Source: Halocafeteria seosinensis
Taxonomy: Eukaryota
Assembly: GCA_001687465.1 (NCBI GenBank)
Contig: LVLI01000132.1
Span: 62,001-126,000 of the forward strand
Direction of reading: 5' to 3'
Length of the DNA: 64,000 nucleotides
Both the position numbers and the translations under genes were made by a program. The notes beneath the pieces were generated by a model. It was not told the origin of the DNA. It saw only the letters and a list, made by a program, of their open reading frames with translations, and ran no database searches. Below, one piece after another: positions 26,401-38,963 of the stretch (position 1 is the stretch's first letter; each line of letters begins with the position of its first letter).

Positions 26401-26622
26401 ATCGAGAGAGGCTTGCGTTTGTCTCGCTCCTCCACCACTTTCTGAACGAGCAGATAGCTTGTTGGCCGATTGGTTCGATGCCGACCGTGTCTGGTATTGG
26501 TGCTGTTTTCGGCTATCCCCCGCAGAAGCAGCAGATGTCCTGTTCGATTCCTCTGGCGTGTCGTACGATCTCTTTCTCGTCTGACTCTCTGTTTGTTTCT
26601 TTTGTCCGGCTCTCGACTGCAT
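23430..26622 (-). CDS. Gfo/Idh/MocA-family NAD(P)-dependent oxidoreductase with long low-complexity N- and C-terminal extensions, spliced
   Basis: Motifs: IGAGARG Rossmann, [49 protein letters not shown]. The exon starting at ATG 26622 (MQSRAG) splices in frame via A|GTAAGT...GACAG into ORF 25998-26321. Confidence 0.88.
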
Positions 26623-28431
26623 CCCTATAATGTCGATGCAACGCACACAGAGGGGGGTAGAATATGCTTTACTAAGGGACCCGAAGTATAGAACAAGAAG
26701 CAATCAAAGGCAAGAGGGAATGAAGTTCCCAAGAAAACCAATCACACGTAGATAAGGCAAGACGCCAACAAGACTCTGTAAGACTACTACAATAAATATG
26801 AGATATCTCTCTTGCTTCTAGCTTTGAATGGAAGACACATGTGAGTTCAGCTCAACAATGACGAAGCAACAAAAGGTTGTGATAGAGGGGGGCGCCCCCT
26901 CCTTGAAGCCCACAACACACGCGGTTTTCGACCTACTTTTCATTCTCCCGGCGCTATCATCGATGAAACAGAGTGGAATGTATCGAAAGACGGTTTGTAG
27001 CGTCGAAATGAACCGACACGCGGGGTATTATAGAGCGAGTAAATGAAGAACACATTGGTGCAGTGACCTTTGAATCCACGGACGGCATTTGTCCTCTGCA
27101 TGAAGCGCATGAAAATGGAATTCCTCGCTCCAAAAGGTGCATGTAGGTATTTATTCTATGTTAGTTCGGACTAGGGCATAGCATGTTCTATTGATGCAAC
27201 GATGGGGTGGAGAATCTTCAACAACAGCGTGGTAAGTCCGCCTCACGGACGCTAAAACGTCCATTACCTGATAATAACTGTGCATATACACTCGGCTATG
27301 GCGTATATCTAGGTACCGCTTGTTGCTCGTGTTTGCGAAAGTGTGAAAAATGAGATTCCCGGCCCAATATCTCCGTCATGCCGATTCTGCACTGTCTCAG
27401 CACCTCTCCATACGTACGTACTTCAGTACATACCCTCTACTCATGTTCCAAATCGCATTCGTCCCATTGATTCTGGGTAGTCTTTGCTGTTTGTTACGTT
27501 CTGAACAAACTGCTATATGGAGTTAGTTGTCTGCTCGCTCGGGGACAAGTGCTCGGGAGACTCTCGCCTAGCTCGGTGTCATTGGCAGGTTGAACTTGCA
27601 CTCCTGAGGACGGAGAAGAGCTATTATAACACATCTTTCAGAAGTATTGGTCAAGTTTCAACACCACGTTTTGGGTTTCTCAAATTGGCATTTTGTGTTT
27701 GTTTTTTATTGAAATTGCGGTTGCACGCATTAGTTGCTAGCGGTAGGAAGGGAGCAATCCCATCAAATTCCAAAACACGTACACCCGTAAGTGCAGCTAT
27801 ACATCAAGTTCTAGCTCCCTCTTGTGTCGCTTTCTCGTTCAATTTTCTGTAGTTTGGATAGACACGAATATTCCGACCATGGATGGGTGCTGTTTGTGAT
27901 AGGGAGGATACGCGAAGATCCGGGTGATGGGGCTCCCTTGGAAGGCCCCTTGAAAAAAACAACAAAAAGGGCAGTTCCAGCTTCAGTGCGTTTATGACGA
28001 AACGGAGGTGTTCACGAGGATTCAGACGCGAAACGCATGGGAATCCCCGTACTTAAGCGCATAAAAGCAGAGAGCGTAATCTGAGGATCGATCAGTAAAG
28101 GGTGGCAATGTGTGCATATCCGATGCTGCTCCCGTGGAGTGTACAGATGGGGGGAATGGGATGTGTTTTTGACACGTCTGTGTATTTTCGTTGTCTCCTT
28201 TGGTTCCGAAAGTGACGGTTGTTGCCCTTCTTACTCGATGCGAAAGCAACTGACATGCTGCCATTGCTTGTTTTTCGGTGGAACATTTCTTTCTCTGGGC
28301 AACGAATGTTGGTCAGCATGTGTTCCGATGGCCCCGTAGTTGTCATCATGTGCTTATTGCTTTGTGTCGTCTTTGGTTACTCCAGATCGAAGGTTGTTAT
28401 TTTCTAGTAGTTACGTGGAATCGGTGATACG

Positions 28432-30257
28432 ATGCAAGCGAAAAACGCATATCGAGCTGCTCAATATCTTTGGCAGAGACAACGATGGTATCGGAAACAG
28501 GTCCGAAGGCAAGTAGGAGTGAACAGCTTTACAGGAAATCGTGAAGGTGTCAACACTGTAGGAGGGATGACTTTATCTATGTTCGAAACTGTTTTTGCCG
28601 GCACTAGTGCTCGAGTATCCTCACAATTCCATCGGTGCCTTACGGACGAAGACTACGGGGACCACTTGATGATGTACATATCTCCCTCTAAGGGCGATGC
28701 CGCTGATGGCTCCCACTATTCAGCCTTAGGAGACGTATCAGCACCTAAAAAGGCGGTTGCTCTAGTTTCGCACTTAGACTCTATTTATCCGCCAGAGGTG
28801 GAAGCAGTGCACGGTCATACGTGGCAGCCCTACAGTGACAATAGCGGGTACATCCGCGGGCCAGGTACAATGGATATAAAATGTGGAACTGCAAATATCG
28901 CTATGACGCTTGAAGCCCTTAGTATAATCGATCCTGAAGTAAGTCGTCTTGGTTTCTGAAGAAACTCAGTAACCATCCATATGTCTCGATTTTTGCGTCT
29001 CAGGTGTTCAACTCAACGGGTTTCCACGTATGGCTGAATGCTGCCGAAGAACCAATGGCACCTGATTTTCGTGCCGTCTGTCAGCGCAAAAACGATGAGC
29101 ACTCACAATATTTCCGGGAAGAATTGCTGGGAGCGCTCGTCTTCGAATCAGGTCCTGTAGAGATGCACCCAAAGTTGCGCAAACTGCTCCGTGCGCGGGC
29201 TGCTAACCCTGTAGAGGCGTCTGGCTCTTCTAGTGCTACAAGTGATAGCGAGGAGGAGAATCGAAGTAGTGGTGCTGCTAGTCTAAAGGATGGAATGTCC
29301 GAGGATGAGTTCATGAGCCGATTGAAGAAGCTAATGAAGGAAGGCACTCAGGACGAGACCGAGAGCAACTGTACTCTCATATCTGGCCGAAAAGGGATGG
29401 CTGTATGGCACGTGCGCATTCGGGGTAAACCGGCACACGCAGGGAATGAGCACTCTCGTGGGCGGAGCGCAGTCCTTGCTGCTGCAGACTTTATTCAAGC
29501 TCTGGAAGCTGCTACTGACTATTCGCAGGATATAACATTTAACGTCGGTAGTATAAGTGGTGGAACAGTTCACAATGTTGTTCCTGAAAGCGCAGAGCTG
29601 TTCGTTGAAATGAGAGCTGCTTCACGAGAAACCTTCAATCGTGGTGTGCGGTTTGCCAGAGAGCTAGCTCAGCACTACAACCATCGGGATCGCCAACATG
29701 GTATCTCACGACTGAGCTCTACCGGCATTTCAGAAGTGTCTATGCCAGGCGATGAAGAAAATGTTGACAGTGGTCATACCATTACCGGGCCTGTAATAAG
29801 TCTTCACGAAAGAGCATTCGTCCCTCCTTGGATTCCTAATGAAGACGCCAAGCGCCTCTTCGGGATTTGGAAGGAGACTGGCGCCGTAAGTACAAAAACA
29901 GTGTTGACGACCATCCGTCTTTGATAGATCACGTCCGCGTATGGTGTTTGCTGCGCAGGAATTTGGGTTTGATATCAGAGAACAAGTCCGAGGGGGACTG
30001 AGTGATGCAAACATTCTCGGTGACTGGTTGCCAACTATCGACGGACTCGGACCGAACGGTAAGTCCCCGCTTGGTTTTCTGCGGTGCTTGCTCTGAAGAT
30101 GCATCACTGGCGTTGTCTCGCAGGTGGTGGACAACACAACCCCATTGATGATCCTGCACACGATATTCGAGCTGAATGGGTTGATTGGCCCTCCATGATT
30201 CCCAAAGCTATCCTCAACGCAGCATCTCTGTCAAGGTTAATACGGGCAACTGAGTAG
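28432..30257 (+). CDS. M20-family metallopeptidase (carboxypeptidase G2/ArgE-like), 3 introns
   Basis: Motifs: SHLDS, GPGTMDIKCG, AEE, VFESG, GKPAHAG, FNVGSISGG..NVVP, GGLSDAN, DGLGP.GGGQH. Stop TAG at 30255-30257. Confidence 0.88.
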
Positions 30258-30807
30258 AAGTCAATCGTCCAGGGCATCCAGAGGCTTCATGTTTTGCGCG
30301 TCTACAGGTAGTAGTGCACGTGCAAATAGGTGTCCTTTGCATATCCTCTGGTTGTAGAATGTGGACAATTGTCATAAAACGGTCTCTTGGTACAAACCAT
30401 CCTTGTAATTGGTGGACTTCACAGTCTGAATCACACACATCCTGCGACAGGAAGTCGCAGCGACCTCAACTTACGGCCCAAGCAAGGTCTTTCTTTCAAT
30501 GATTAATTCCATTGAGCGAGTGTATTGTGCATTCATTCCCTTTCTCGTTTCCTTTCACGCTCCCATGTATAATGAGTGAAATCGCAACAGAAAGTACTCG
30601 AAGTTGGTGGTCTCCGAGCGTCGCAACCACCTTCTAACCGTATTTTCAGTCAGACATTCCACCCCAAAATTTTTCATGGTCAATACTAGATAACTTGCAT
30701 GCGGGCAGCAGGCTGATATCCTTGTGCTCTGAGTGGCGATGTTGTTTGGAGGAAAACGAAAATAACGCGCGTTGACAGGAAGTTACTTTCAGAGTAAAGA
30801 CCTAAAA

Positions 30808-33096
30808 ATGAGTTTAATGGCGTCCACATCCGCTAAAAAGCACAGTAAATACTTATTGAAAACTTACGAGTATGGGGAATCCTCCGAGAAAAATGAACCT
30901 GAAAAGCCGCAACTTAGGACTCAATTCCGGACGTATTCCAAGTTTCAGGAGCACTCTCTGGGTGAGACGAAACAGTATGGGTTGGCCTCGCAACCTTCCT
31001 CTTCGCGTGCGTGTTCGGCCCATACGTCTAGTGAAGGGTACACTCCCAAAGGAGCGACTTCCGGTCGGGTTTTCTTCCCTCCTGATGAAGAGGAAGAAGC
31101 TGTCGCCAACATACCGGCCGTGAACGTGGGCCAAAAGCTTAAAGCTAGCCGGACCCAGCGAAGGGCCGCTGAAGAAAAGGACCGAGCAGAATATGAAACC
31201 CAATTTCAGTTTCATCAACATGAGCAGGAACCAGAAGAATCCATTCCTCTGCAGGATTCTTCGTCCCCTTCATCACTAACATCTTCCCACTTTGAACTCA
31301 CTCTTCCGCGAAAGAGTAAGGAGGAAGCCAACCGCCTGAAGGAAAAATATCAATTTGTTGAGAAATCAAGAAAGCCGACTCCTTACCAAGTTAGAAGAGA
31401 ACGGCAGGAAAAGGGTGTCACAGAAATAAGAGACTCAGTCGCCAGAACTCGCAGCCCCCAGCGACCTATAACGCCGGTACACCTTATGGGGGAGAGCGAG
31501 AAGACTTCCCTAGACTATTCTCGCATGTCTTTGCCAGAAATTCGAAAGTGGGGAGGTCGCCCATTCGGACATGTGCGGACAGGTAGAAGCGCTCGAGAAG
31601 AAGGGTCGGCCAGGGACCGCTCTAGTCGCAGACGCACGTCCTCTGAGGAAGAACACTGGACGATAGAACAAAACTCAACTGAATCTCGTCCGGTAGCAAC
31701 TACTCAAGAGTCTCCAAACCGTTTGGCAGAATTGGTGGGGTTTTCGTATAGCGCCCCCGAGAAGCCAGAGAGCGACCAAGAGCAACGACCTATTTCGAGG
31801 TTCAGCCTCAAGGGTTTGCATAGGTCGCGTTCGTCCTCCAAAGGAGGGCAAGAGCAAGAATTCCATACTACAGGGGATGGCCATGGTGGAGAAGAGCTAA
31901 TGCATACTAGCTATTCCGAGAGGAAGCACAGTGACCGATATCAACAGAAAGGAGACCAGGCTACAGATACATTAAGAGAACCGCATGAGTCTGTGAGATA
32001 TATTTGGGCGAGAACAACGAAAAAGACTGGAATATCAATGAGTGAATTGTTAGCATCAGCCAGAATGGAAGCGCAAGAAAGGCACAATAGAGCCTTAGAA
32101 GAAGTGATACAAATGGAACAAGTTGACCCCTCCACTTACGCTCCATTCAAAGGCAGTGAAGCGGCCCAACCCGCGACAGACCGAACCACATCAGATCATT
32201 TTTCCTTTCCGGAAGAGGAAACTACATATAGCGTCGAATTCCCGTCTGAAGAGCTCTCAAAGAAAAAAGAAGACTTCATTGAATGCACTGAAGAATTCCA
32301 GTATGAAGAGTCCAAGACGAAGACGCCCTGGGGAACGCCTTGGGTCAAAATACATATGCCTAACCAAGGAATTATGAGGATACTAGATTCACCAGATAAG
32401 AAGCGGACTGCTGATGACACTCAAATATGTTCTCCCTATGTAGCTTCCAGTGCGTACATGGAATATCAACAGAGCGTCAAGCGTTCGCAAAAACGGGCTG
32501 CAGCGCTCCTTAGATGGGAAATGGTGCGAAGGGTAGTACTGGGCCCAAAGTATGAGACAACCACTCATCAAGAGGATACCTCATCCAACCTCTCGACTAG
32601 TTATTCCACTTCAAAAGAGGGTGCAGAACGAGACATTACTTCGATGTACGATACAGAGACGACGCTTGGTGATTACGCAAAACACTATACGCCATTGACC
32701 AGCGCTCGGACTCGACGGCAGCGCCTGGAACGATTGGTCAAAGAAGTGGAAGGAGGCGAGTCAAAACAGCCCAAGCCAAGAAAATCGTTACGTCCGGTCC
32801 GTACGATAGAGACCCAGAAGCATCCGCGACAGGCCATCCAAGACTACTACTTCCAGCTCCTTGGAATGTCGGAGAAGGAGTACGACCGCTACTGGCTGCG
32901 GAAGAGTTGTAAAAATGAGAGCGAATCTGCTAATACCTCCATTACAGGCTACCAGGGAAATCCACTAACCACACGGTACGAGAAACCCCGTACTAACCCA
33001 CCACAGGAGACGTTAGGAAAAGATGCGGTATCGCTTATTGATATGAGAAGGCGCCTCGGCTTGTCCACGTATGCACATATGGGCCAGTATCAATAA
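30808..33096 (+). CDS. Unknown hydrophilic, low-complexity protein
   Basis: An uninterrupted ORF of ~760 codons from ATG 30808, rich in S/E/R/K/T, with no recognised domain. Confidence 0.7.
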   Translation: MSLMASTSAKKHSKYLLKTYEYGESSEKNEPEKPQLRTQFRTYSKFQEHSLGETKQYGLASQPSSSRACSAHTSSEGYTPKGATSGRVFFPPDEEEEAVANIPAVNVGQKLKASRTQRRAAEEKDRAEYETQFQFHQHEQEPEESIPLQDSSSPSSLTSSHFELTLPRKSKEEANRLKEKYQFVEKSRKPTPYQVRRERQEKGVTEIRDSVARTRSPQRPITPVHLMGESEKTSLDYSRMSLPEIRKWGGRPFGHVRTGRSAREEGSARDRSSRRRTSSEEEHWTIEQNSTESRPVATTQESPNRLAELVGFSYSAPEKPESDQEQRPISRFSLKGLHRSRSSSKGGQEQEFHTTGDGHGGEELMHTSYSERKHSDRYQQKGDQATDTLREPHESVRYIWARTTKKTGISMSELLASARMEAQERHNRALEEVIQMEQVDPSTYAPFKGSEAAQPATDRTTSDHFSFPEEETTYSVEFPSEELSKKKEDFIECTEEFQYEESKTKTPWGTPWVKIHMPNQGIMRILDSPDKKRTADDTQICSPYVASSAYMEYQQSVKRSQKRAAALLRWEMVRRVVLGPKYETTTHQEDTSSNLSTSYSTSKEGAERDITSMYDTETTLGDYAKHYTPLTSARTRRQRLERLVKEVEGGESKQPKPRKSLRPVRTIETQKHPRQAIQDYYFQLLGMSEKEYDRYWLRKSCKNESESANTSITGYQGNPLTTRYEKPRTNPPQETLGKDAVSLIDMRRRLGLSTYAHMGQYQ

Positions 33097-33117
33097 TGGC
33101 CGAATACGCGAGGATGA

Positions 33118-35534
33118 TCACCGGCTCTTCTTCAAGCGCTGCTTTAGATTCGATACTTCTTTTCTCAGTATCTCATTGTCTTGCCTTAATTGTTCAACTG
33201 TTTCACTATATTCTGTACCATCTCCGCGTATCTCCTGAAGCCTGTTCTCAACCGCTTCGAGAGAATCTCTCAGGTGCTGAATCTCCTCGTCACGGGATGC
33301 TAAAGCTGCTGCATGGTGTTGCTTCAGCGCTGTATTTTCATTCTGAACCGTCTTCAGCTCAGCTTGGATACTTTCTTCTTTCTCTGGTGTAAAGTCGCTG
33401 CCCCTTCGCTTCTCCAGTTCTCGGCATCTCTTCTCCAGACTTGCGGAACGATTCATGTACTGCTTTGCTAATTCATCTGACTGAGTGGCTCTGCTTTCCA
33501 GGAGTCGGGTATACTCCTGAAGCTTATAGGTTTGCTCCTGCGAATACACCGATAAGACGAGTATCGAAATTAAAGCAACTCAAACACTGATAGCAATATA
33601 CCTGTATAACTTTCATCTTCCTCGTTGCGTCGGAGTTTTGAGTCTCCAGCTGTGCCAGACGTCGTTTATCACTAGAGCCCGGCCTCCCCATATTGTCTTG
33701 GTCAGTGACTCCATTACTGCTCTTCAGTTCCTCGTTTTCCCGGCGAAGATTAGCGATTTCCTGCTTCAGCGATGACACGAATTTACTGTCGTCCCCGCTC
33801 CGAGTCTGTATGGAGAAATAGCAACAATGGAAAAGACCCTGGCCAAGCATTTTTGTAACCCTATCTTACCTCACCGGCATATGCAACTCGCAGCGGATTT
33901 GAATCTTCACTTCGGCTTTTCTCATTTTCAGTTTTCAATGACTGCAGTTTCTCCCGTAAAGCATCAATCAATCGGTTATCATTTTCCGTCTTATGAATCA
34001 AGGTTTGAAGCCTATGCTTCTGCTGATTATAGTTTGATTCGACGACTTGCTGTCGCGCATGTGCGCGATGGAGCTTTTCTTTGAGCTGAGCTTCCCTTGA
34101 ACTTGCCTGCACGTAGATGTACCCTCGTAAACAAGGTTGCTGTTTTACCACCATGTTAAGAGATAACGCAAAAAGTCATACCTGTTCGAGCTTAGCTTGC
34201 AGTTCGTCGATTTGATTGTGCCGCTGTTCGCGCATCTGATCAAGTTGCTGTTGAGCTCGATCATCGACGCTGCTCTCCTGTTTTCCGGTTTCTACGTTTT
34301 CTGTATCGCCTTCGGATGTCCCCTGACGTAGTTGGTCTTCGAGTTTCTTAATTCTATTTTTCAAGATTACTATTTTCTGAGCGCGCCCTTTCCAAGTCCC
34401 TGTATGACCACTTCCTTGGCCGTAAACCCGGTCATGGCTCTCATCTTCCTTGACAGATTGAAGCACCTGGTCCATGGACACTCCTTCTCCTATTTCACGC
34501 TGTAATGCTTTTTGTGTCAACTTCAACTCATTCTGTAATTTGTCCTGCTTGATAGCTGATTTTTCCAAGCGTTGACTCATGGACTTCACTTGACTCCTCA
34601 GCTCTTTGATTTCTTCTTCCTTTCCACTCTTGTCAGTTTCCAACATCTGTTCTTGTTCTTGAACTTGGTTTGTTCTTGAGTGCTGCTTCCATCGCGATAC
34701 TTCAGCCTCTAGACGGCTCGCCCTGGAGAGGCAGCCAACAATTTCAAACACTATGCCTTCAGTGACCACAGTGGAGCCAGTGAACTTACCGATCTCTTTC
34801 TCTTTGGACTTGTAGCCTCATGCTCCGAGTTTTCTTCGCCAGGTCACGAATCTTGCTGTCTCTTGGGTCCTGGTCAGCTGATTGACCCTCCAAAAATTTA
34901 TCTGCAGAAGGAAATGGTGAAAACGCCGTTCTGAGTACATAAGCAATTTTGAACATCGCATACCTGGTTCTAGTCCCGGAAGTGGTTCAATCGCTATAAT
35001 AGCTTCCTCCAGCCGTGAAAGCTCCTTATCTTTCTCTTTCAACTTTCTCATTAGTTCAGCGTTTCGTTCTGTAAGTCTTTGAACCTGGTTGGGATCATTC
35101 CAGTCCATTGTTTCATGGTGCTCCTTCTCCTCTTCGTCGCCTTTATCTTGTTCAATATTGCTCAATAGTTTACCGAGGCGTCTTTCTGTACCTTCTCTTC
35201 TCAGAGGACCCTGTGTACGATCTCCGTCGTTATCATCGCTACTCGAAAGAATATCATCGTTGTCTTCTCCATTCAAGTGTTTGGATTTCCTCGCATGACG
35301 GTCATTCAACTGAGCTACTGCCTCCTGGTCGTCCTCTATGTGATCTTTCTCTTCCTCTCCTTCCTGTATAGTTCATATGCATTTAAACTCTAAACGGCCT
35401 CCGCTATCCCACAGATTTACGCCCTCAAGCATCCTTCTTACCTGTGCATGTATATCCACATTGTATGAACGGTAAGATTGGCGATCAGGGGAGGTCGATG
35501 AGACTTCCCCCTCGCGCTGGTGGTGGTCATTCAT
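33118..35534 (-). CDS. CCDC13-like coiled-coil protein (centriolar satellite/cilia-associated), multi-exon
   Basis: Coiled-coil exons containing QKALQREIGEGV...WKGRAQKIVILKNRIKKLE, which resembles the conserved CCDC13 WRGRAQQI motif. Proposed first exon MNDHHQRE...HAQ from ATG 35534. Confidence 0.7.
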
Positions 35535-36625
35535 TATATTATGTCGAGTACGCCCTCTCTCAAGTAGTGGTACTTCCCAAGACCCTCCTTGCTACGGCTG
35601 TAGCTTGCCGTTTATCAGTCCTCCAGAATATCTCCAGCCCACAAATGATTGGAAAGTAAACAAACGAAACAATGCATATGCACCTGAACCACCATTAATG
35701 TATCAAAGCGACTAAATTTGTCAAACATGGCCCAAGTTCAACCAGTTGAGTTACGACTGGCTGCCCAAAGTTCAGTTAAGAGAGGCACACATGCACAGGG
35801 AGATAGAAAAGGTACAGGAACGGACGATGAGCATGTGAGGAATTCTGTCTGAAAGCGTTGCTTTTTTGTCATCGTTGCATATCTACATGTACCACCTATG
35901 AGCGGAAATGCAAATGTGCGTACACTACCTACAAAACCACTGTCTACACTCCACAGTCGTTGGTACATTTCGTCTAAGCCTGGTACCGTATGAAATGATC
36001 TATTGTGCGAAGACGTTAACACGGTAAATGAGTGGTATCGAAACTGCCTCTGCATTATTAATGATTGCCCATCGTCGACATCAAAACCACGAAGCTACAA
36101 GCTAATCGGATTAGAAGTTCGAAAAGGGGATTGTATGTTTGAAAGGGTAATAGGATCTGGCTATCAAATCCAAGTCAACGGCATTCGTAGAGTAAATACA
36201 ATAGACACTCGGTAATGACTGAATGAAACAGTCGCCGAGTACTGGCCGGTCAAGCCATGAAGCGAGGCGCATACGTGCAGTAGCCAGCTAAGGCATGCAA
36301 ACACAATGCCTTGTGAATTGATGCTTGATTTGAAATGCACCTGTGGTGGTACCCAAAGAAGAACCCCTAACACATTCAATTTACGCTATCAACTCAAGCG
36401 GTACCAGTAATTGCAATTGCAATGCCAACGTCTTGTTGAAGTTTATGAATTGACGCGGGAAAAACGTCGACACAAATACCTGTTGTAGCCAGTATTGTTG
36501 CCATGCAAAGAGCAGATACTGAATAATTATTGCTGTACCAGATTGACATAATCTAACAGGAACTTTCGTTTCTGATTTATTTATTCCCACTTCTCGTGGG
36601 AGCTTGCTCCCGTGGCCAAACACAA

Positions 36626-38191
36626 ATGCATTCTGGAAGTCGACCCAGCTCCACGAGTCATTATCCCTCGCCAAAACACTTTGGGGAAAGCGCACTCTCT
36701 AAAAAGCTTTACCAACTGCAAAACGCAACTACATCTTCGAGTAGAGTGTCTACTTCCAAGCGCCGATCGTGGAGAGACCCTATAGCCAGCTCACCAACGC
36801 AAGCGACTGCGTCACCCCGAGCCGAAGCGGACAAATTAGCCTACGCGTACTTTGTGGGACAGCAGTTAGAACAGATATTCAGCAAAGCGGTTCAACACCA
36901 TTGCAACATTTTCGTGGAAAATGGGTTAGTCACTGATAGTGAAAGTAACTACACGGTACCAGGGTTTTGCAGGAAAGGGTACAAGTTGCAACGTGTAATT
37001 GAAAACTATCATCACTACGCCTCAACGCAAGGAGACTTTAAGCAGTATTCGTTGCTAGAAAAATTGCTAATCGAGCTAGAGGACACAATACGTAAAGTAC
37101 ATCATCTTAGTCCTCTTAAGACAAGAAGCTGGTCTGCCACAACCCGTTCCGTAAGCGACACGTACCAAGGACCGCCCCCACTGAAGTCCTTGCCGCAACA
37201 ACAGTACGGGTCTGACTTAGCTGCAAGACTAAAACGTCACGACAGGTCGTCCAATTTCCCTTCATCTCCAGTGGGAGGTTATCGCCGCTCTGGGAGAGAC
37301 CAAGTGCGGCAAAGCGATAACGAAGATGTCGAGACAATGATGCCCGCAGAAGACACTCAGAGAACGAACGGCGAGAGCATAGTAGGGACACACCAGGAAG
37401 CGACAAGGGGAGTTCATACACCTACTCCTGTCCCCATTGGAGAAACACAGAAAAGAGGCGATGACGCTTCGGGTCGGGACAAATGGGAACGTGGGAGTTC
37501 TCCACGGAGATCTCTATTAGAAGAGTTGCGCTCCTCGATTGACCTTGCGGATTCTTTGCTCAGTCCTGCTACGTATAAATCCCCCACGAAAGTGCCAATG
37601 TACTCGATAGATCTATCGAATGTGTCATCACAAGCCGAAGAAGCAATTGTCGACGATTTAAAAGAGCTTAACAAGAACTGTAACAAAGTACGGGACGAAT
37701 TTGTCACTCCGCAAACCCAATCCGTCGCCCGGCGGAAAATATCTGATATAATTTCGAAATACACCAGTGTGGAACAAAGTCGCCTGGAAGCCAATGAAAT
37801 GATGAAGTTGGCTCATAAACTCAACGACTTAGTACTCAGTGAAGTCGCTTCCCCGGCTGCGACATCCAAGCCCCAGACTGCTACCAAAGTACCTGATGAC
37901 TTATTAGACGCTTCTGAGAGGACGACCAGTCCAGATGTACACAAGGTGGGCAAAAGAGAAGATCGTTGCTCTCAGAGTGTAGGAACGGGGGAATTGCCCA
38001 CGCAAGCTGGCCAACACGCCAGAACTCCGGGTCTGAGCATTTCCCATAATGATGACGACACTCTGGTGTTTGCAAAAATGTGGGACGAAGTCTACGCCAA
38101 AATGCTAAACGAAGAAGATGAAGCGGAAATTTCAAGGATCTCAAAAACAAGTCCAGCAGGAGTCAAGACATATGCGTTGGACCTAACATAA
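36626..38191 (+). CDS. Unknown protein, mostly S/T/P-rich
   Basis: An ORF of ~520 codons from ATG 36626. There is a short helical-looking region near the N-terminus but no recognised family. Confidence 0.65.
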   Translation: MHSGSRPSSTSHYPSPKHFGESALSKKLYQLQNATTSSSRVSTSKRRSWRDPIASSPTQATASPRAEADKLAYAYFVGQQLEQIFSKAVQHHCNIFVENGLVTDSESNYTVPGFCRKGYKLQRVIENYHHYASTQGDFKQYSLLEKLLIELEDTIRKVHHLSPLKTRSWSATTRSVSDTYQGPPPLKSLPQQQYGSDLAARLKRHDRSSNFPSSPVGGYRRSGRDQVRQSDNEDVETMMPAEDTQRTNGESIVGTHQEATRGVHTPTPVPIGETQKRGDDASGRDKWERGSSPRRSLLEELRSSIDLADSLLSPATYKSPTKVPMYSIDLSNVSSQAEEAIVDDLKELNKNCNKVRDEFVTPQTQSVARRKISDIISKYTSVEQSRLEANEMMKLAHKLNDLVLSEVASPAATSKPQTATKVPDDLLDASERTTSPDVHKVGKREDRCSQSVGTGELPTQAGQHARTPGLSISHNDDDTLVFAKMWDEVYAKMLNEEDEAEISRISKTSPAGVKTYALDLT

Positions 38192-38201
38192 ATACAGCAC
38201 C

Positions 38202-38365
38202 ATGGAATGTCCATTAAAAGGCAGTGTTACCTACCCCGTTTCTTACCACTCAAGTTATAAGTAGAAGGATCGGTCCAAGCAAATGGAATGTCCATTAAAA
38301 GGCAGTGTTACCTACCCCGTTTCTTACCACTCAAGTTATAAGTAGAAGGATCGGTCCAAGCAAAT
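38202..38365. repeat. Perfect 81-bp tandem duplication (2 copies) covering the PSF3 stop codon
   Basis: atggaatgtccattaaaagg...cggtccaagcaa starts at 38202 and again at 38283. Confidence 0.97.
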
Positions 38366-38963
38366 CTTTCTGTTTCGCGTTTTCTCCATGCTAGCTTTTC
38401 CTTTTCAAATCTGTATCCAGCTTCGAAGACCTGCTGTTCTAAATCGGTTAAGTTGGTTGTAAAGTCGCTCACGTCCTGGTTCAAACTGTTGTGCGCCGTA
38501 TCCATGATCCTGGGGGCTCTTTTAGTCAAAGCATATTTGGCTTTTCCCAGCATTCTCCTGGCATCCTCGGTGCTCACTGCCGGAGTGACAGCGAGTATGG
38601 CTTCGTAAAATGTTGGAGACTTATCTCGTAGACAAACAGCATTTGGGTCGGCTGCTATGTCTTGGCTTAGTTTATTGCTAAAGGACCTCGGTAGGTCCAT
38701 CCTCACCATGTTTCGCTGATACAGAATCTTTGCTAGCCAGAACGGCAGCTCTACATGAGTTCCTTCCTTTATATCCTGCGGTAAGCTCCATGAACAGCAG
38801 CGTAATGGCATTCAAATTCGACACACTCGCTTCGGTCTCGTACCTCCGATTCATCAGAGGGGTCCAAATACCCCACTTTCAGAGCATCTGTGTTAAACCT
38901 GACGGGGACTCTCTCCTCCTCAGCAATTATCGTTTTCAAGTCAAAATACGAGTTCTTGGCCAT
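38308..38963 (-). CDS. PSF3: GINS complex subunit 3 (Psf3), 1 intron
   Basis: Motifs: YFDLKTIIAEEERVPV.F, LGYLD-like VGYLDP, GTHVELPFWLA, ADP.AV.LR, LTDLEQQVF. Confidence 0.92.

Noticed and set aside
26335..26703. Separate 122-aa gene
   Set aside because: It has a GTAAGT donor before its stop and splices in frame into the Gfo/Idh/MocA gene.
26700..28430. Short ORFs or an RNA gene in the long divergent intergenic region
   Set aside because: No recognisable protein motif, tRNA or snRNA signature was seen.
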